Shown here: piece after piece, positions 7,549 to 16,318 of the stretch
Layout of the letters: each line of letters starts with the position of its first letter
Position numbering within the stretch: the first letter of the stretch is position 1
Origin: a virus
Lineage: Duplodnaviria > Heunggongvirae > Uroviricota > Caudoviricetes
Length of the DNA stretch: 19,006 nt
Virus record (IMG/VR): IMGVR_UViG_3300029571_000007
Coordinates: 1 to 19,006 of that record
Reading direction: 5' to 3' (one strand)
Made by a program: the position numbers and the translations under genes
The notes under the pieces: generated by a model
Seen by the model: the letters and a program-made list of their open reading frames with translations, nothing else
Database searches by the model: none
What the model was told of the DNA's origin: nothing

Positions 7549-8192
7549 TATTCCACTTCCTTAAATCCACCAGCTTTAGCAAATTCAACGACCTTCTGTA
7601 CATCTTCTTGTGGAATATCTGCAATTTTCTTCTGCACAGCTTCCATAAAAGGTTCAACGAGGGTATTAATTAAAGCTCCAAATCTTTCGACCTGACGACT
7701 AACATATGCGTGTGGTTCATACATATTCTGCATAATATCAGACTTGTGCATATCAATAAGAGTTTTTATTTCAGATATTTCACTTGCAGGAATAAGTGAT
7801 GGAATATCTTTTCTATCTATAACTTCACCAATCATTAATTTATCAAGTAACCCAGAAGACTTTAATAAGTCATAATCTGTCATAAAATTAGCATCATCAC
7901 TACAAATAAGATTTGTATACTTCTCAATAACTTCTCTAACAAATAACATATACTGAACAAATGAATTAACATGTATATTGTCAGTTTTTCGGAACTTCGT
8001 TTCGCCATCTTTATCTGTATATTTTTCCTGTTCAAACATAGTTCTATCTGTAATAACTATTGCAATAGCATCTTTAACATTTATAGGAATATAAGATATA
8101 ACCTTTAACTTTTCTTGTATATATCTTTTCTTTAATGAATCTGTACAATTTATATATCCTTCAACAAATTCTTTAACTGTTATTTTATTCAT
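7548..8192 (-). CDS. Phage hypothetical protein (214 aa)
   Basis: RBS AAGGAG/AAGGA, co-oriented in the operon. Confidence 0.75.
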   Translation of the reverse strand: MNKITVKEFVEGYINCTDSLKKRYIQEKLKVISYIPINVKDAIAIVITDRTMFEQEKYTDKDGETKFRKTDNIHVNSFVQYMLFVREVIEKYTNLICSDDANFMTDYDLLKSSGLLDKLMIGEVIDRKDIPSLIPASEISEIKTLIDMHKSDIMQNMYEPHAYVSRQVERFGALINTLVEPFMEAVQKKIADIPQEDVQKVVEFAKAGGFKEVE

Positions 8193-8214
8193 AATCCTTT
8201 TTCTCCTTTATAAA

Positions 8215-8616
8215 TCATTCTTCTACAATAGGCATAAATATAGTATATAATTCTGCGCTAAGTCCTAAACTAAACAATTCATCAACGGTCATTGAAGTAA
8301 ATTCCACATCAATATTCTGGTTTCTGAGTATATTCATCTCTTCAACAAACTTATCCATATTTTCGGAGTCTTTCTTGATTTCTATATTTCCTGTCTTATT
8401 GCCTTCATCATCAAGAACTGGCTCACCATATTTCCTAATAAGATCCTGTCTTGTCTGATCGTAATCTGTATAGATACCAGAAAAACTTCTTATTATGCCA
8501 AGTAGCTTAAACTTAGAAAGAGATGTAATGTTAGAGTCGTTGTTCTCTATAATGCCTTTTGTTATCTCATATATGTTTGTTGCTTCGTAAAGCTTCATTA
8601 TTTTCTTCATATTCAA
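8215..8616 (-). CDS. Phage hypothetical protein (possibly DUF1617-like)
   Basis: RBS AAGGAG. RQDLIRKYG...DDEGN motif. Start is either TTG 8616 or ATG 8610. Confidence 0.7.
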   Translation of the reverse strand: MNMKKIMKLYEATNIYEITKGIIENNDSNITSLSKFKLLGIIRSFSGIYTDYDQTRQDLIRKYGEPVLDDEGNKTGNIEIKKDSENMDKFVEEMNILRNQNIDVEFTSMTVDELFSLGLSAELYTIFMPIVEE

Positions 8617-8626
8617 ATATTCTCCT

Positions 8627-9139
8627 TTATAATCTTGTATCGTTAAGAAACTTATTTATATCATAACGATAATTCACTTTTAATTTTTTCTTATTAATCA
8701 ATATTGGGTTACAATATTTCAATAAATCATCTTCATTGAAACTTTTCTTAGATATAGAATTTATTAAATTATCCCATTCATCTATCATAAGAAAATAGGT
8801 ATTACTTGTTTTTCTGAAATCCAAAATAAAACCACTACATACATTTTTATAAGTAGAAAACTTCTTTAACGATTCTACTTGATAGTAGTGTATAATTCCT
8901 TTATCTTCCTTGGTTCGTTCAAATGAACAAGATCCTTCAAAAGTTTTTAATTCCAATGTCCAAAATGTATTTCTATTGCCACTAAAAATCATAAAGTCAC
9001 ATGGACTATGTTGACTAAATCTTAACTTTAAACTCATATCAAATGATTGAGCAGCATCAGGCGGTCTATAAATTAATACATCTTCTGGGCATGAATTTTT
9101 GAAGTTCTGTTCAAAAATTTTGCCTATATTTTTTGCTAT
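8627..9139 (-). CDS. recU: RecU-like Holliday junction resolvase (170 aa, apparent ATA start)
   Basis: The frame is open 34 codons upstream of ATG 9037, giving (I/M)AKNIGKIFEQNFKNS. Motifs GKIFE, PCDF, LELKT, IHYYQ and GFILDF fit the RecU-type nuclease fold. Confidence 0.7.
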   Translation of the reverse strand: MAKNIGKIFEQNFKNSCPEDVLIYRPPDAAQSFDMSLKLRFSQHSPCDFMIFSGNRNTFWTLELKTFEGSCSFERTKEDKGIIHYYQVESLKKFSTYKNVCSGFILDFRKTSNTYFLMIDEWDNLINSISKKSFNEDDLLKYCNPILINKKKLKVNYRYDINKFLNDTRL

Positions 9140-9169
9140 AACTATTCATTCCTTTCTTGATTAAGGGTA

Positions 9170-9248
9170 GAAGAGTGGTCTAGCCACACACTCTCCGTAA
9201 AATAAAAAATGCCCTTACTACATGGCTAGATAGTAGTAAAGACACTTT
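9170..9248 (-). promoter_or_regulatory. Paired hairpins with complementary loops upstream of the RecU-like gene
   Basis: Hairpin A (9206-9248, 16 bp including G.U pairs, U tail) has loop UAUCUAGCCAU. Hairpin B (9170-9196) has loop UGUGGCUAGAC. The loops share 9 bp of complementarity. Confidence 0.55.
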
Positions 9249-9262
9249 AAATGTGTTATAAA

Positions 9263-9297
9263 TAAAAAGAGTGACTTCCGAAGAAATCACTCTTTTA
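9263..9297 (-). terminator. Terminator downstream of the HTH cassette (possibly bidirectional)
   Basis: AAAAGAGTGA...TCACTCTTTT inverted repeat. Confidence 0.65.
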
Positions 9298-9315
9298 ATA
9301 ATATTTAATTGTTAT

Positions 9316-9486
9316 TTACATCGCTAATTGCATAGGATATAATTCCCATTTGCCATTTGGATATTTTTCAGCATTATCAGTTACTATCTTATGTACTTCT
9401 TCAAGAGTTCTAACATTTGTATCAATATATATAACCTTTCCTCCCGTTATACATAATTCTTCGCAAATTAAATTAAAATATGTCAT
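9316..9486 (-). CDS. Small hypothetical protein (56 aa)
   Basis: SD GGAGG 7 nt before ATG 9486, directly downstream of the HTH gene. Confidence 0.65.
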   Translation of the reverse strand: MTYFNLICEELCITGGKVIYIDTNVRTLEEVHKIVTDNAEKYPNGKWELYPMQLAM

Positions 9487-9499
9487 AAACATTCCTCCA

Positions 9500-9703
9500 T
9501 TATTTCTGTATACAGAATAATTCATATAGATTTACTTTAAGTACACGAGATAAGGTGATTGCATGACTTAATAAAATATCATTTGTTTGATTATTTACAA
9601 TTTTTGAAAGAGTGGTTCTTGAAATACCTGTTCTTTCTGATAATTGCTGTAATGTCATATTTTGTTTACAACGATATTCATCAACTTTGTTCTTCATATA
9701 CAT
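9500..9703 (-). CDS. XRE/Cro-family helix-turn-helix protein
   Basis: MTLQQLSERTGISRTTLSKIVNN...LSRVLKVNLYELF, the HTH_3 pattern. Confidence 0.85.
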   Translation of the reverse strand: MYMKNKVDEYRCKQNMTLQQLSERTGISRTTLSKIVNNQTNDILLSHAITLSRVLKVNLYELFCIQK

Positions 9704-9790
9704 AAAGTATTTCCAATAATTTATTTTATATGAGTATTATACATAAATATATGTTAAGCAAAGTTTACCAAATATGTGATATTATAAAAA

Positions 9791-10264
9791 TTAATCTTCT
9801 TTAATTGGCAAAGCCATAATTTCAGGATATAATTTGTCGTGATAAATATCATCGCCTCCTGCAGCTTCATAGATCTTTCCAAGTTCAATAAATGTTTTTA
9901 ACCCTGATTTATCAATATACCCTTTGGTTACAAATTTTTCATGTAACCCATATAGTTGTCCTCTGAGAGTAGCAACTGTTTTTTCTTTATCTTTAATTTC
10001 TTTCTTTATGAGATTATCTTTAATATCATCAATGCCTCTGGATATTTTTTGAATTTCTTGGTACTGCCAATTATCATGTTTTTCAAGCGTTTTAATTCGA
10101 GTTTCAACAGTTTCTCTATCTTCGTCAATGCCTGTCTTTAATCGGAATTTCTTTTTAAAATAACCGAATATTTCAAGAATTTCCTTAGCAGCAAATAAGA
10201 TGGCAAAAAAACCAAGAATGACTAATAAATAATCAATTTGTGCAAGTTTTTCTATAGAAACCAC
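9791..10264 (-). CDS. Holin-adjacent membrane protein (N-terminal TM segment plus coiled coil)
   Basis: Hydrophobic YLLVILGFFAILFAA, C-terminal KIYEAAGGD motif, and position next to the holin. Confidence 0.65.
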   Translation of the reverse strand: MVSIEKLAQIDYLLVILGFFAILFAAKEILEIFGYFKKKFRLKTGIDEDRETVETRIKTLEKHDNWQYQEIQKISRGIDDIKDNLIKKEIKDKEKTVATLRGQLYGLHEKFVTKGYIDKSGLKTFIELGKIYEAAGGDDIYHDKLYPEIMALPIKED

Positions 10265-10283
10265 TCATATGTACCATCCCTTC

Positions 10284-10544
10284 TTACTTCTTCAAAAAAT
10301 TCTTAAAAGCTTCATATAAACCTGTAGAAGCAAGACCAGAGACAAGACCACCGAGCAGTATTTCAGGTGTAAAGGTCATATTCATCCATATATTAAGGAT
10401 TACACCCAATGCACCCATAATTGCAGGAATATACTTATTAACTGCATCTGTTGTTACAATATTTTTTAATACATAGCCAATACATAAGCAAATACCAACG
10501 ATAATCGGTACTGCAAAATTTGTTAAAAATGATAAATCTGTCAT
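10284..10544 (-). CDS. Phage holin (86 aa)
   Basis: SD GGAGG before ATG 10544. Three hydrophobic segments with NKYIP and GLVSGLASTGLYE motifs typical of Firmicutes phage holins. Confidence 0.85.
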   Translation of the reverse strand: MTDLSFLTNFAVPIIVGICLCIGYVLKNIVTTDAVNKYIPAIMGALGVILNIWMNMTFTPEILLGGLVSGLASTGLYEAFKNFLKK

Positions 10545-10548
10545 AATT

Positions 10549-10776
10549 TTAATCCTCCGTATCATAATTTTTCCATCTTTGATATAATTCTTTAGTGTCT
10601 TTTCGATCAAATATCATCACAATAATTTTCCTGTCATTCTTATTATCATAGCTAGGATAAATGTCGATAGGATATGCACCAGAACTCATATAAAAGATTT
10701 GCTGTTTTACATTGCAGATTCTATTCACTTCATGCTCTGAATAGTTTCGTGCGTTATGTAGATTAGTTTCTATCAT
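10549..10776 (-). CDS. Small hypothetical protein (75 aa; possibly DUF5659-like)
   Basis: RBS GAAAGGA before ATG 10776. The family guess comes from motif recall only. Confidence 0.65.
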   Translation of the reverse strand: MIETNLHNARNYSEHEVNRICNVKQQIFYMSSGAYPIDIYPSYDNKNDRKIIVMIFDRKDTKELYQRWKNYDTED

Positions 10777-10804
10777 ATATTTTCCTTTCAATCCGTAATA
10801 GCGT

Positions 10805-10850
10805 AAAAAATAGGGATTACAACATTGAATAGTAATATGTTATAATCCCT
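10805..10850 (-). terminator. Terminator hairpin with a competing alternative helix
   Basis: AGGGAUUAUAACAU/AUGUUGUAAUCCCU followed by AUUUUUU. Confidence 0.65.
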
Positions 10851-10863
10851 TATTTAAAAATCA

Positions 10864-11238
10864 CTATTCAACATTACTTTCAGCCTCATTTTCGACTTTT
10901 GTAACAATATCCTTTTTGACAGATTTAGCCTCTGTCTTTTTATTTTCTTTCTTAATAACTTGTGCTTTTGCCTTCATGATAGAGGTAATAGAATTCTTAT
11001 AACTTTCGCCAAAGTATTCTTTTCTGCTCAAATCTAATTTTTCTAATTTTGGTTTTGCTTCAATATCTGTCGTGCGTCCATCTTCAAATGCAGAAGTCAC
11101 TTCATCAATTTCATGGCAATTATCTGAACACCAACAAAAATACCATGTTGGTTTCAAACGATCTTCTGGATTACAAACTGGACAAAATGAATAAGTCTTA
11201 CCGCAAAGCACACAAGTTCTCAATTCTTTCTTTGACAT
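10864..11238 (-). CDS. Zn-ribbon phage protein
   Basis: CVLC...CPVC...CSDNC with a Lys-rich C-terminus. SD AAGGAGG. Confidence 0.75.
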   Translation of the reverse strand: MSKKELRTCVLCGKTYSFCPVCNPEDRLKPTWYFCWCSDNCHEIDEVTSAFEDGRTTDIEAKPKLEKLDLSRKEYFGESYKNSITSIMKAKAQVIKKENKKTEAKSVKKDIVTKVENEAESNVE

Positions 11239-11251
11239 TATTCCTCCTTGT

Positions 11252-11279
11252 AAGAATAGGGCAGTAGTTTAACTGCCCT
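11252..11279 (-). terminator. Hairpin after the major tail gene
   Basis: AGGGCAGU/ACUGCCCU stem with a weak U tail. Confidence 0.5.
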
Positions 11280-11287
11280 GCGTGTTC

Positions 11288-12124
11288 TTATAATTCGATA
11301 TCGTCCTCTTCCTCGTCAATGTAATAAATAGAGAAAAGTTCTCCATCTGTAGAGCAAGCATTTAGCATCATAGAACCCTTATAATCCATCGTCTGAGAAT
11401 CACCACCCTGTAATGCAAGTGAAAACTCAGGACTTGGCATAAATGAAGGGATGTGAATGATAGCTGCTTTTAATACATCAGTCTCACACTTATCTACTAC
11501 AAGTGCCTTGAAGAACAACTCATGAGATTTTGGGAACTTTTTACCAGAATTAGTAATCTTTGCTCCGCTCTTAATTGTCTTCTTATACTTGACAATATAC
11601 TGAGTTTCACCATCTGCGATAGGCGGTGTTAATACATCACTCGCAGGTGTATTGTCTGGTTCACCCGAAGCTTCGGTGTGCTTAATTGCATATTCAGTAG
11701 CAGAAGCGGCAGATCCTTTCTTAAATTCGTCCTTACCCATAGAACCCTTTGTAGAAAGAGCATTTACATGGATAGAACCTTCAACAAATCCCGTAACATC
11801 TAATGTTTCGCCAGCTTTTACGATCTGAATCATCGGCATAACAATACCCTTATCTGCGGTTGCAATCTCAGCATCAGTAGCAGAAATAGTCTCTACAACA
11901 GCAAGGTTAAGGAATGCGTTAGTTGCAGTAACCTCACCTTTCTTACCTGTATACTTACGATATACAAGGTTTCCATCCTTATCATTGATATCTGTTGAGT
12001 CAGCCGTAATATCAATATTTGCCTGTGTAAGCTGTGTTAAAGCATACAGAGGTGTACCATTAGACTTTGCACCGTAACCAAACTGAAGTCTATCTACGAT
12101 TACGTCACCTAATTTAAATGCCAT
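11288..12124 (-). CDS. Probable major tail (tube) protein
   Basis: Strong SD AAGGAGG, size, beta-rich composition, acidic C-terminus, position after the tail-completion genes, and a downstream hairpin. Confidence 0.7.
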   Translation of the reverse strand: MAFKLGDVIVDRLQFGYGAKSNGTPLYALTQLTQANIDITADSTDINDKDGNLVYRKYTGKKGEVTATNAFLNLAVVETISATDAEIATADKGIVMPMIQIVKAGETLDVTGFVEGSIHVNALSTKGSMGKDEFKKGSAASATEYAIKHTEASGEPDNTPASDVLTPPIADGETQYIVKYKKTIKSGAKITNSGKKFPKSHELFFKALVVDKCETDVLKAAIIHIPSFMPSPEFSLALQGGDSQTMDYKGSMMLNACSTDGELFSIYYIDEEEDDIEL

Positions 12125-12160
12125 AATTATTTTCCTCCTTTAAAATTGTTATTTTTATGC

Positions 12161-12190
12161 AATAAAAATGAGCGATTAAATATCGCCCAT
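12161..12190 (-). terminator. Terminator-like hairpin overlapping the stop codon of 12176..13009
   Basis: AUGGGCGAU/AUCGCUCAU followed by UUUUAUU. Confidence 0.55.
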
Positions 12191-13009
12191 AAAATTGATT
12201 AAATCTTCAGGAATGTCTTTGGCTGACACCATACCACCGTAAATTCCGTGTAAAGCAGCCGTTCCCTGTTCGTATTTTTGAATTCTGTTTACAGAATCCA
12301 TAAACTGACATATATTCACTTGTTTTAATTCTTCCAACTTATATTTAAACCCAGGATGATTTATACAACTCGAAACAAGTGGTAAAAGAGTCGATGCGCC
12401 TTTCTTTTTATCATCCTGTTCTGCTTTCATTCTATCTTCTTGTAAAATCCATTGTTTTGTTGTTTTACCTTTTGCCTTTTCAACCTTTGGATGAACATTC
12501 ATCATCGCTCGAATAAATTCAGCAATTTCCATATATTCATCATCATAAATAATCATATTTTTATCTTGATTTAAAAGCGCAAGATGATTGTATTCTGGAT
12601 CGTCAACATTTTTTCTTGCTTGAATTAGTTCAAATCCATCAAAACTAAAATCTTTGAATAGTAGCTTTAACGGCTCTTTATCTTCGAGCAATTGATATAA
12701 GATATAAAACACTTCAATATCTTTTGTTTTGTTCCAATCCTTTTTAAATACATCATAAAGAAGAACTCGAATGGAAGTAGAATTACTAAGAAAAGGAGAG
12801 ATTGCATGGTAAAATTTTGATTCGCCAATATTTAAAATATCTCCTATGGTTGGAATTGAAATAGTTATACCATTTATTGTATAATCTTCACCAAAATACA
12901 TTTTAAGTTTGTCAAAATGGTATTCTGGATTATTACTTTTTTCTTGTTTCTTTTTTATATCTTCTTCAGCAGCAGATTGAAGATTATTTAATGTCTCTAA
13001 TACATCCAA
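12176..13009 (-). CDS. Phage tail-region protein (possible tail assembly chaperone)
   Basis: TTG start with SD AAGGCGGTGA, and synteny. Confidence 0.6.
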   Translation of the reverse strand: MDVLETLNNLQSAAEEDIKKKQEKSNNPEYHFDKLKMYFGEDYTINGITISIPTIGDILNIGESKFYHAISPFLSNSTSIRVLLYDVFKKDWNKTKDIEVFYILYQLLEDKEPLKLLFKDFSFDGFELIQARKNVDDPEYNHLALLNQDKNMIIYDDEYMEIAEFIRAMMNVHPKVEKAKGKTTKQWILQEDRMKAEQDDKKKGASTLLPLVSSCINHPGFKYKLEELKQVNICQFMDSVNRIQKYEQGTAALHGIYGGMVSAKDIPEDLINFMGDI

Positions 13010-13013
13010 ATAA

Positions 13014-13664
13014 TCACCGCCTTATACCGTAATTCATAATAGAAGACTTTTTATCTGTTGTTTTATGAATTCCATTAGTATCAACAACTTGGAATACGAG
13101 AGTGCGAACAAGATAATTATTATCTGTTGTAGATTCCTTAGAAGATATGAGATGAGTCTGCATACCAAAGATATTTGACCAATTAAATCGCTCTCTTATA
13201 ATAGAAGCAATAAGATCGTGTCTTGGAACACCAGTTAATTTATCATTTCTGTCATTACCATGAACAAAAATAGTAAATGTAACATTTGTATACTTTAATG
13301 TATCCTGATAGCGAGGCATTTCATCAAAAGATACTTGGTAACAGATATAATGTTTTACTTCAGTCTGAGTATCAGGAATAAATAAATAAGGACGAATATT
13401 AGATGTTCCACCAAAATATCTATCCCATTCCCCAAGAGGTTCATACTCTTTTGTATCTTCGTTCCATTCCCAGTTGATATTACCATCATCGTCAAAAAGT
13501 TCAGATTCTAATGATTTTTCATTAAGTGCATATAAAAGACATGGATTAAGCATAAGTGCTTTTTCAATCTTTTTCTTATACTGAATATTTTCATCATCAG
13601 GAGTAGTCTTATATGCACGAAGCTTATTTAACAAATCATTTTTTGTAACTAATTTTTCTGCCAT
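13014..13664 (-). CDS. Probable tail terminator or completion protein
   Basis: SD GGAGGTG. Position between the head-closure and tail genes. IRPYLFIPD and RHDLIASII motifs. Confidence 0.55.
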   Translation of the reverse strand: MAEKLVTKNDLLNKLRAYKTTPDDENIQYKKKIEKALMLNPCLLYALNEKSLESELFDDDGNINWEWNEDTKEYEPLGEWDRYFGGTSNIRPYLFIPDTQTEVKHYICYQVSFDEMPRYQDTLKYTNVTFTIFVHGNDRNDKLTGVPRHDLIASIIRERFNWSNIFGMQTHLISSKESTTDNNYLVRTLVFQVVDTNGIHKTTDKKSSIMNYGIRR

Positions 13665-13674
13665 AAAACACCTC

Positions 13675-14937
13675 CTATTCAGTTAATTCTAACGACAAAA
13701 TTTCGGATTCAATCGGTAAATTATCCTTAACAATTTCGCACTTAATAGACAGTATTTTGCCGATAGTAGAAGCGTCATTAGGAAACTTTACTTTCTTTTG
13801 GTTGTACTCTGTGCCAGCTCGCCATGTAACTTTATCAGTCCAATTTTCATTATCAATAGAGCAAGTCCATGTAAAGGTTGCATCAACATATTCAGTTGTA
13901 ATATCTTCATTGGAATCATTAAATAGATTTACTGTGAGATTTTTATAGCTGCCACCAACTTTAATAGTTGAAGTGGATGCTGAAATTCTTGCTGTAATAG
14001 AAGATGGGGGAGTGGTTGGAGTAGATGGATCAGTTGGGGCAATTTCTGAATCGAAATAGTTCGCATACATTTCGCCCGTTTCAAGATTGACATAATCCGT
14101 ATGCTCGTTCCAAAATGCCGTATATATAGTAAGTTTTTGAATACCAAATGGCATTGAATTTTCAACCTTGGTCACTGTCCATACTGTAGGATGTTCTGTT
14201 AAAGCACTTACTACAACACGCATATTTTTAGAATCTTCAGAAGTGTACCAAAACTTCTCTGTAATAGAGTTCATTGGCAACCATATCTTATCCTGATTAT
14301 CTGTATGTGTAAAATATCGGTCTGTGTAAGTTCCGATCGTGTAGGAATTCTGTTGTCTTAAACAACACCACATACGTCTCTTGATACGCTTATCATTAGA
14401 TTTTTCAATCCATGTAAGTTCGTAATTTACTGGTAAAATTAGATACTTTGGAAACTGATTTGCAGGTTCATCACGACAGACAATCCACTTATGATAAATT
14501 CCTCTATCATCTGGAACGTCCACGAAAAGCCCTATCGGAAATGTTGCCCCATAGCGTTTCCTAAAATCAACCTCATAATAATAAAGGTCATCACCTTCGT
14601 TGAATCTTACAGGCTGACTTGGACGAAACATAAGATAGTATTCTACTTGATCTTTGTCCATTGACTGATAAGATTTGATAATGAACTTTGCATCTATCTT
14701 TGTCTTATTGGTATTTTCATATGTCATACCTTCAGCGAGAGAACGTGTAATTCCATACTCGTCTGTGAAGAAGTCATCATGAAAATAGTCATAGATATAA
14801 CAAGTCCTTGTAGCTATGTCGTTTTCAAATGTCTGTTCCATCGCCCAATCAGACTGTTCCTTATATATCTGACCAATCGTTTTAGCTTCGTTGTTCTTGG
14901 CGTTTGCGACACGCCTAGCTGTTTGTAGACTCGGCAT
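13675..14937 (-). CDS. Probable head-closure or connector protein with a C-terminal Ig-like domain
   Basis: SD GGAGGTG. A Pro/Thr linker (PTDPSTPTTPPSS) precedes a beta-rich domain (TIKVGGSYKNLTV...FTWTC). Confidence 0.55.
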   Translation of the reverse strand: MPSLQTARRVANAKNNEAKTIGQIYKEQSDWAMEQTFENDIATRTCYIYDYFHDDFFTDEYGITRSLAEGMTYENTNKTKIDAKFIIKSYQSMDKDQVEYYLMFRPSQPVRFNEGDDLYYYEVDFRKRYGATFPIGLFVDVPDDRGIYHKWIVCRDEPANQFPKYLILPVNYELTWIEKSNDKRIKRRMWCCLRQQNSYTIGTYTDRYFTHTDNQDKIWLPMNSITEKFWYTSEDSKNMRVVVSALTEHPTVWTVTKVENSMPFGIQKLTIYTAFWNEHTDYVNLETGEMYANYFDSEIAPTDPSTPTTPPSSITARISASTSTIKVGGSYKNLTVNLFNDSNEDITTEYVDATFTWTCSIDNENWTDKVTWRAGTEYNQKKVKFPNDASTIGKILSIKCEIVKDNLPIESEILSLELTE

Positions 14938-15280
14938 CGCTTACACCTCCCTCAAACATTGCTTTTATATATCCATGAGAATCTAAGATTGCCCTACGGA
15001 ATTTTTTGTAACTGAAATGGTCGCTCTTGAAATTATCCATAGCACCTTGTAAAGTCGCCATAAGAGTTACCATAAGCCCGTTATCGTTAAATAATGTTTT
15101 TGTTCCACCTAATTTAAACATAACGTTTTCAAAGAAGACGAGAAACGCTTCATCATCTTCAAATATTTTCTCTTCAATTGTCTTGTCTTTATAGAGCAGT
15201 AGTTTGTGAATATCACCGTGCATCGCACGAACTGCTTCATTGATTTGCTTGTCTGTAAAGTCACCATATATGTATTGCAT
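14915..15280 (-). CDS. Phage hypothetical protein (121 aa)
   Basis: SD GGAG before ATG 15280, adjacent to the upstream stop. Confidence 0.7.
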   Translation of the reverse strand: MQYIYGDFTDKQINEAVRAMHGDIHKLLLYKDKTIEEKIFEDDEAFLVFFENVMFKLGGTKTLFNDNGLMVTLMATLQGAMDNFKSDHFSYKKFRRAILDSHGYIKAMFEGGVSDAESTNS

Positions 15281-15281
15281 A

Positions 15282-15737
15282 TTAGGACTCCGTGTTAATA
15301 TAGGAATTATACATATATCCGTAATCACGAATACGTTTATTCAATTCAGTTTTCATGGAATCCAGACGGTCAATCATATTTTTATGATTGTCAAGTAGCT
15401 TCTTTTCTTCCTTTCCACCTATCATTACTGATGTGTGCATAATAGAATCAACCTGTGGCTGTAACCACTCAATCGTCATTCCAAGTACAAGAATTCCTAC
15501 GACAAAATTCATATCAGCCGTTTCATCTACTGAATTATTCAGTGTGAAATCCAACTGTTGAATTTCATCATCGAGTGTGAGAGAAGAGAATAGTCTACGC
15601 ACCCTTGGATTAGAAATTACATTGCTTAATCGCTCTGTATATATTTCAAGCAAATCGTTTTCGTCAAGAGAGAGTTCTTTCGGATCTGAAATTCGTCCTC
15701 TTGTTCGTGAAAAAATTGTTTCATATGGAAGCGTCAT
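15282..15737 (-). CDS. Probable head-tail adaptor protein
   Basis: SD AAGGAGG. Helical ~150-aa protein two genes after the capsid gene. Confidence 0.6.
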   Translation of the reverse strand: MTLPYETIFSRTRGRISDPKELSLDENDLLEIYTERLSNVISNPRVRRLFSSLTLDDEIQQLDFTLNNSVDETADMNFVVGILVLGMTIEWLQPQVDSIMHTSVMIGGKEEKKLLDNHKNMIDRLDSMKTELNKRIRDYGYMYNSYINTES

Positions 15738-15752
15738 TGTGAGCCTCCTTTA

Positions 15753-16298
15753 TTATAAAATAGAAGATAAGTCTGTACCGCAAACCTCATCAATTACTTT
15801 GATTTTCTGTAATGAATCAAAAGTTCCTGCTTCCATTTCAGTAGCAACTTCTGCACATACAGCTCTCTGTAATCCGTTTGGAAGGGTAGGGAATATACGC
15901 TTAAAGTCATTAAGATTCATATCTATAAGTGTTTCTACATCTTCTGAATAAATCTTTTCGTAAAGTGCTTTTACATCTTTCCACTTAGGATCTTCCAACA
16001 GTTCTTCATCTTCAATTACAAACAATGTCTCAAAAATAAATGGTGACTTTTTAGCTCTTAATCCAAGTAAATCCTGATATTCAATCTCTGTAATATCACC
16101 ATAATCTTCCCAAGTGTAAACTTCGCCACTTTTCTTTCCTACATAAATAAGTTCTCCCTTTGTCATAGAACGACATGGGATCAGGTCATCAGACTTGTAT
16201 TCCTTTACCTTTACTGGTTCAACAGTTTTTGATGTTGTTTTTTCAGTAGTAGTCTTTACGGTCTTTTCTTCTGTATTGGTCTTTTTTGTATATGCCAT
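15753..16298 (-). CDS. Phage hypothetical protein following the major capsid gene
   Basis: RBS AAGGAG and a Lys/Thr-rich N-terminus. Confidence 0.75.
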   Translation of the reverse strand: MAYTKKTNTEEKTVKTTTEKTTSKTVEPVKVKEYKSDDLIPCRSMTKGELIYVGKKSGEVYTWEDYGDITEIEYQDLLGLRAKKSPFIFETLFVIEDEELLEDPKWKDVKALYEKIYSEDVETLIDMNLNDFKRIFPTLPNGLQRAVCAEVATEMEAGTFDSLQKIKVIDEVCGTDLSSIL

Positions 16299-16318
16299 TT
16301 CCTTTTATCTCCTTGCAT

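Noticed and set aside
7375..8616. Tail-assembly-chaperone programmed frameshift pair upstream of the TMP
   Set aside because: No convincing slippery site with an overlapping second frame was identified. Each ORF has its own RBS or coupled start.
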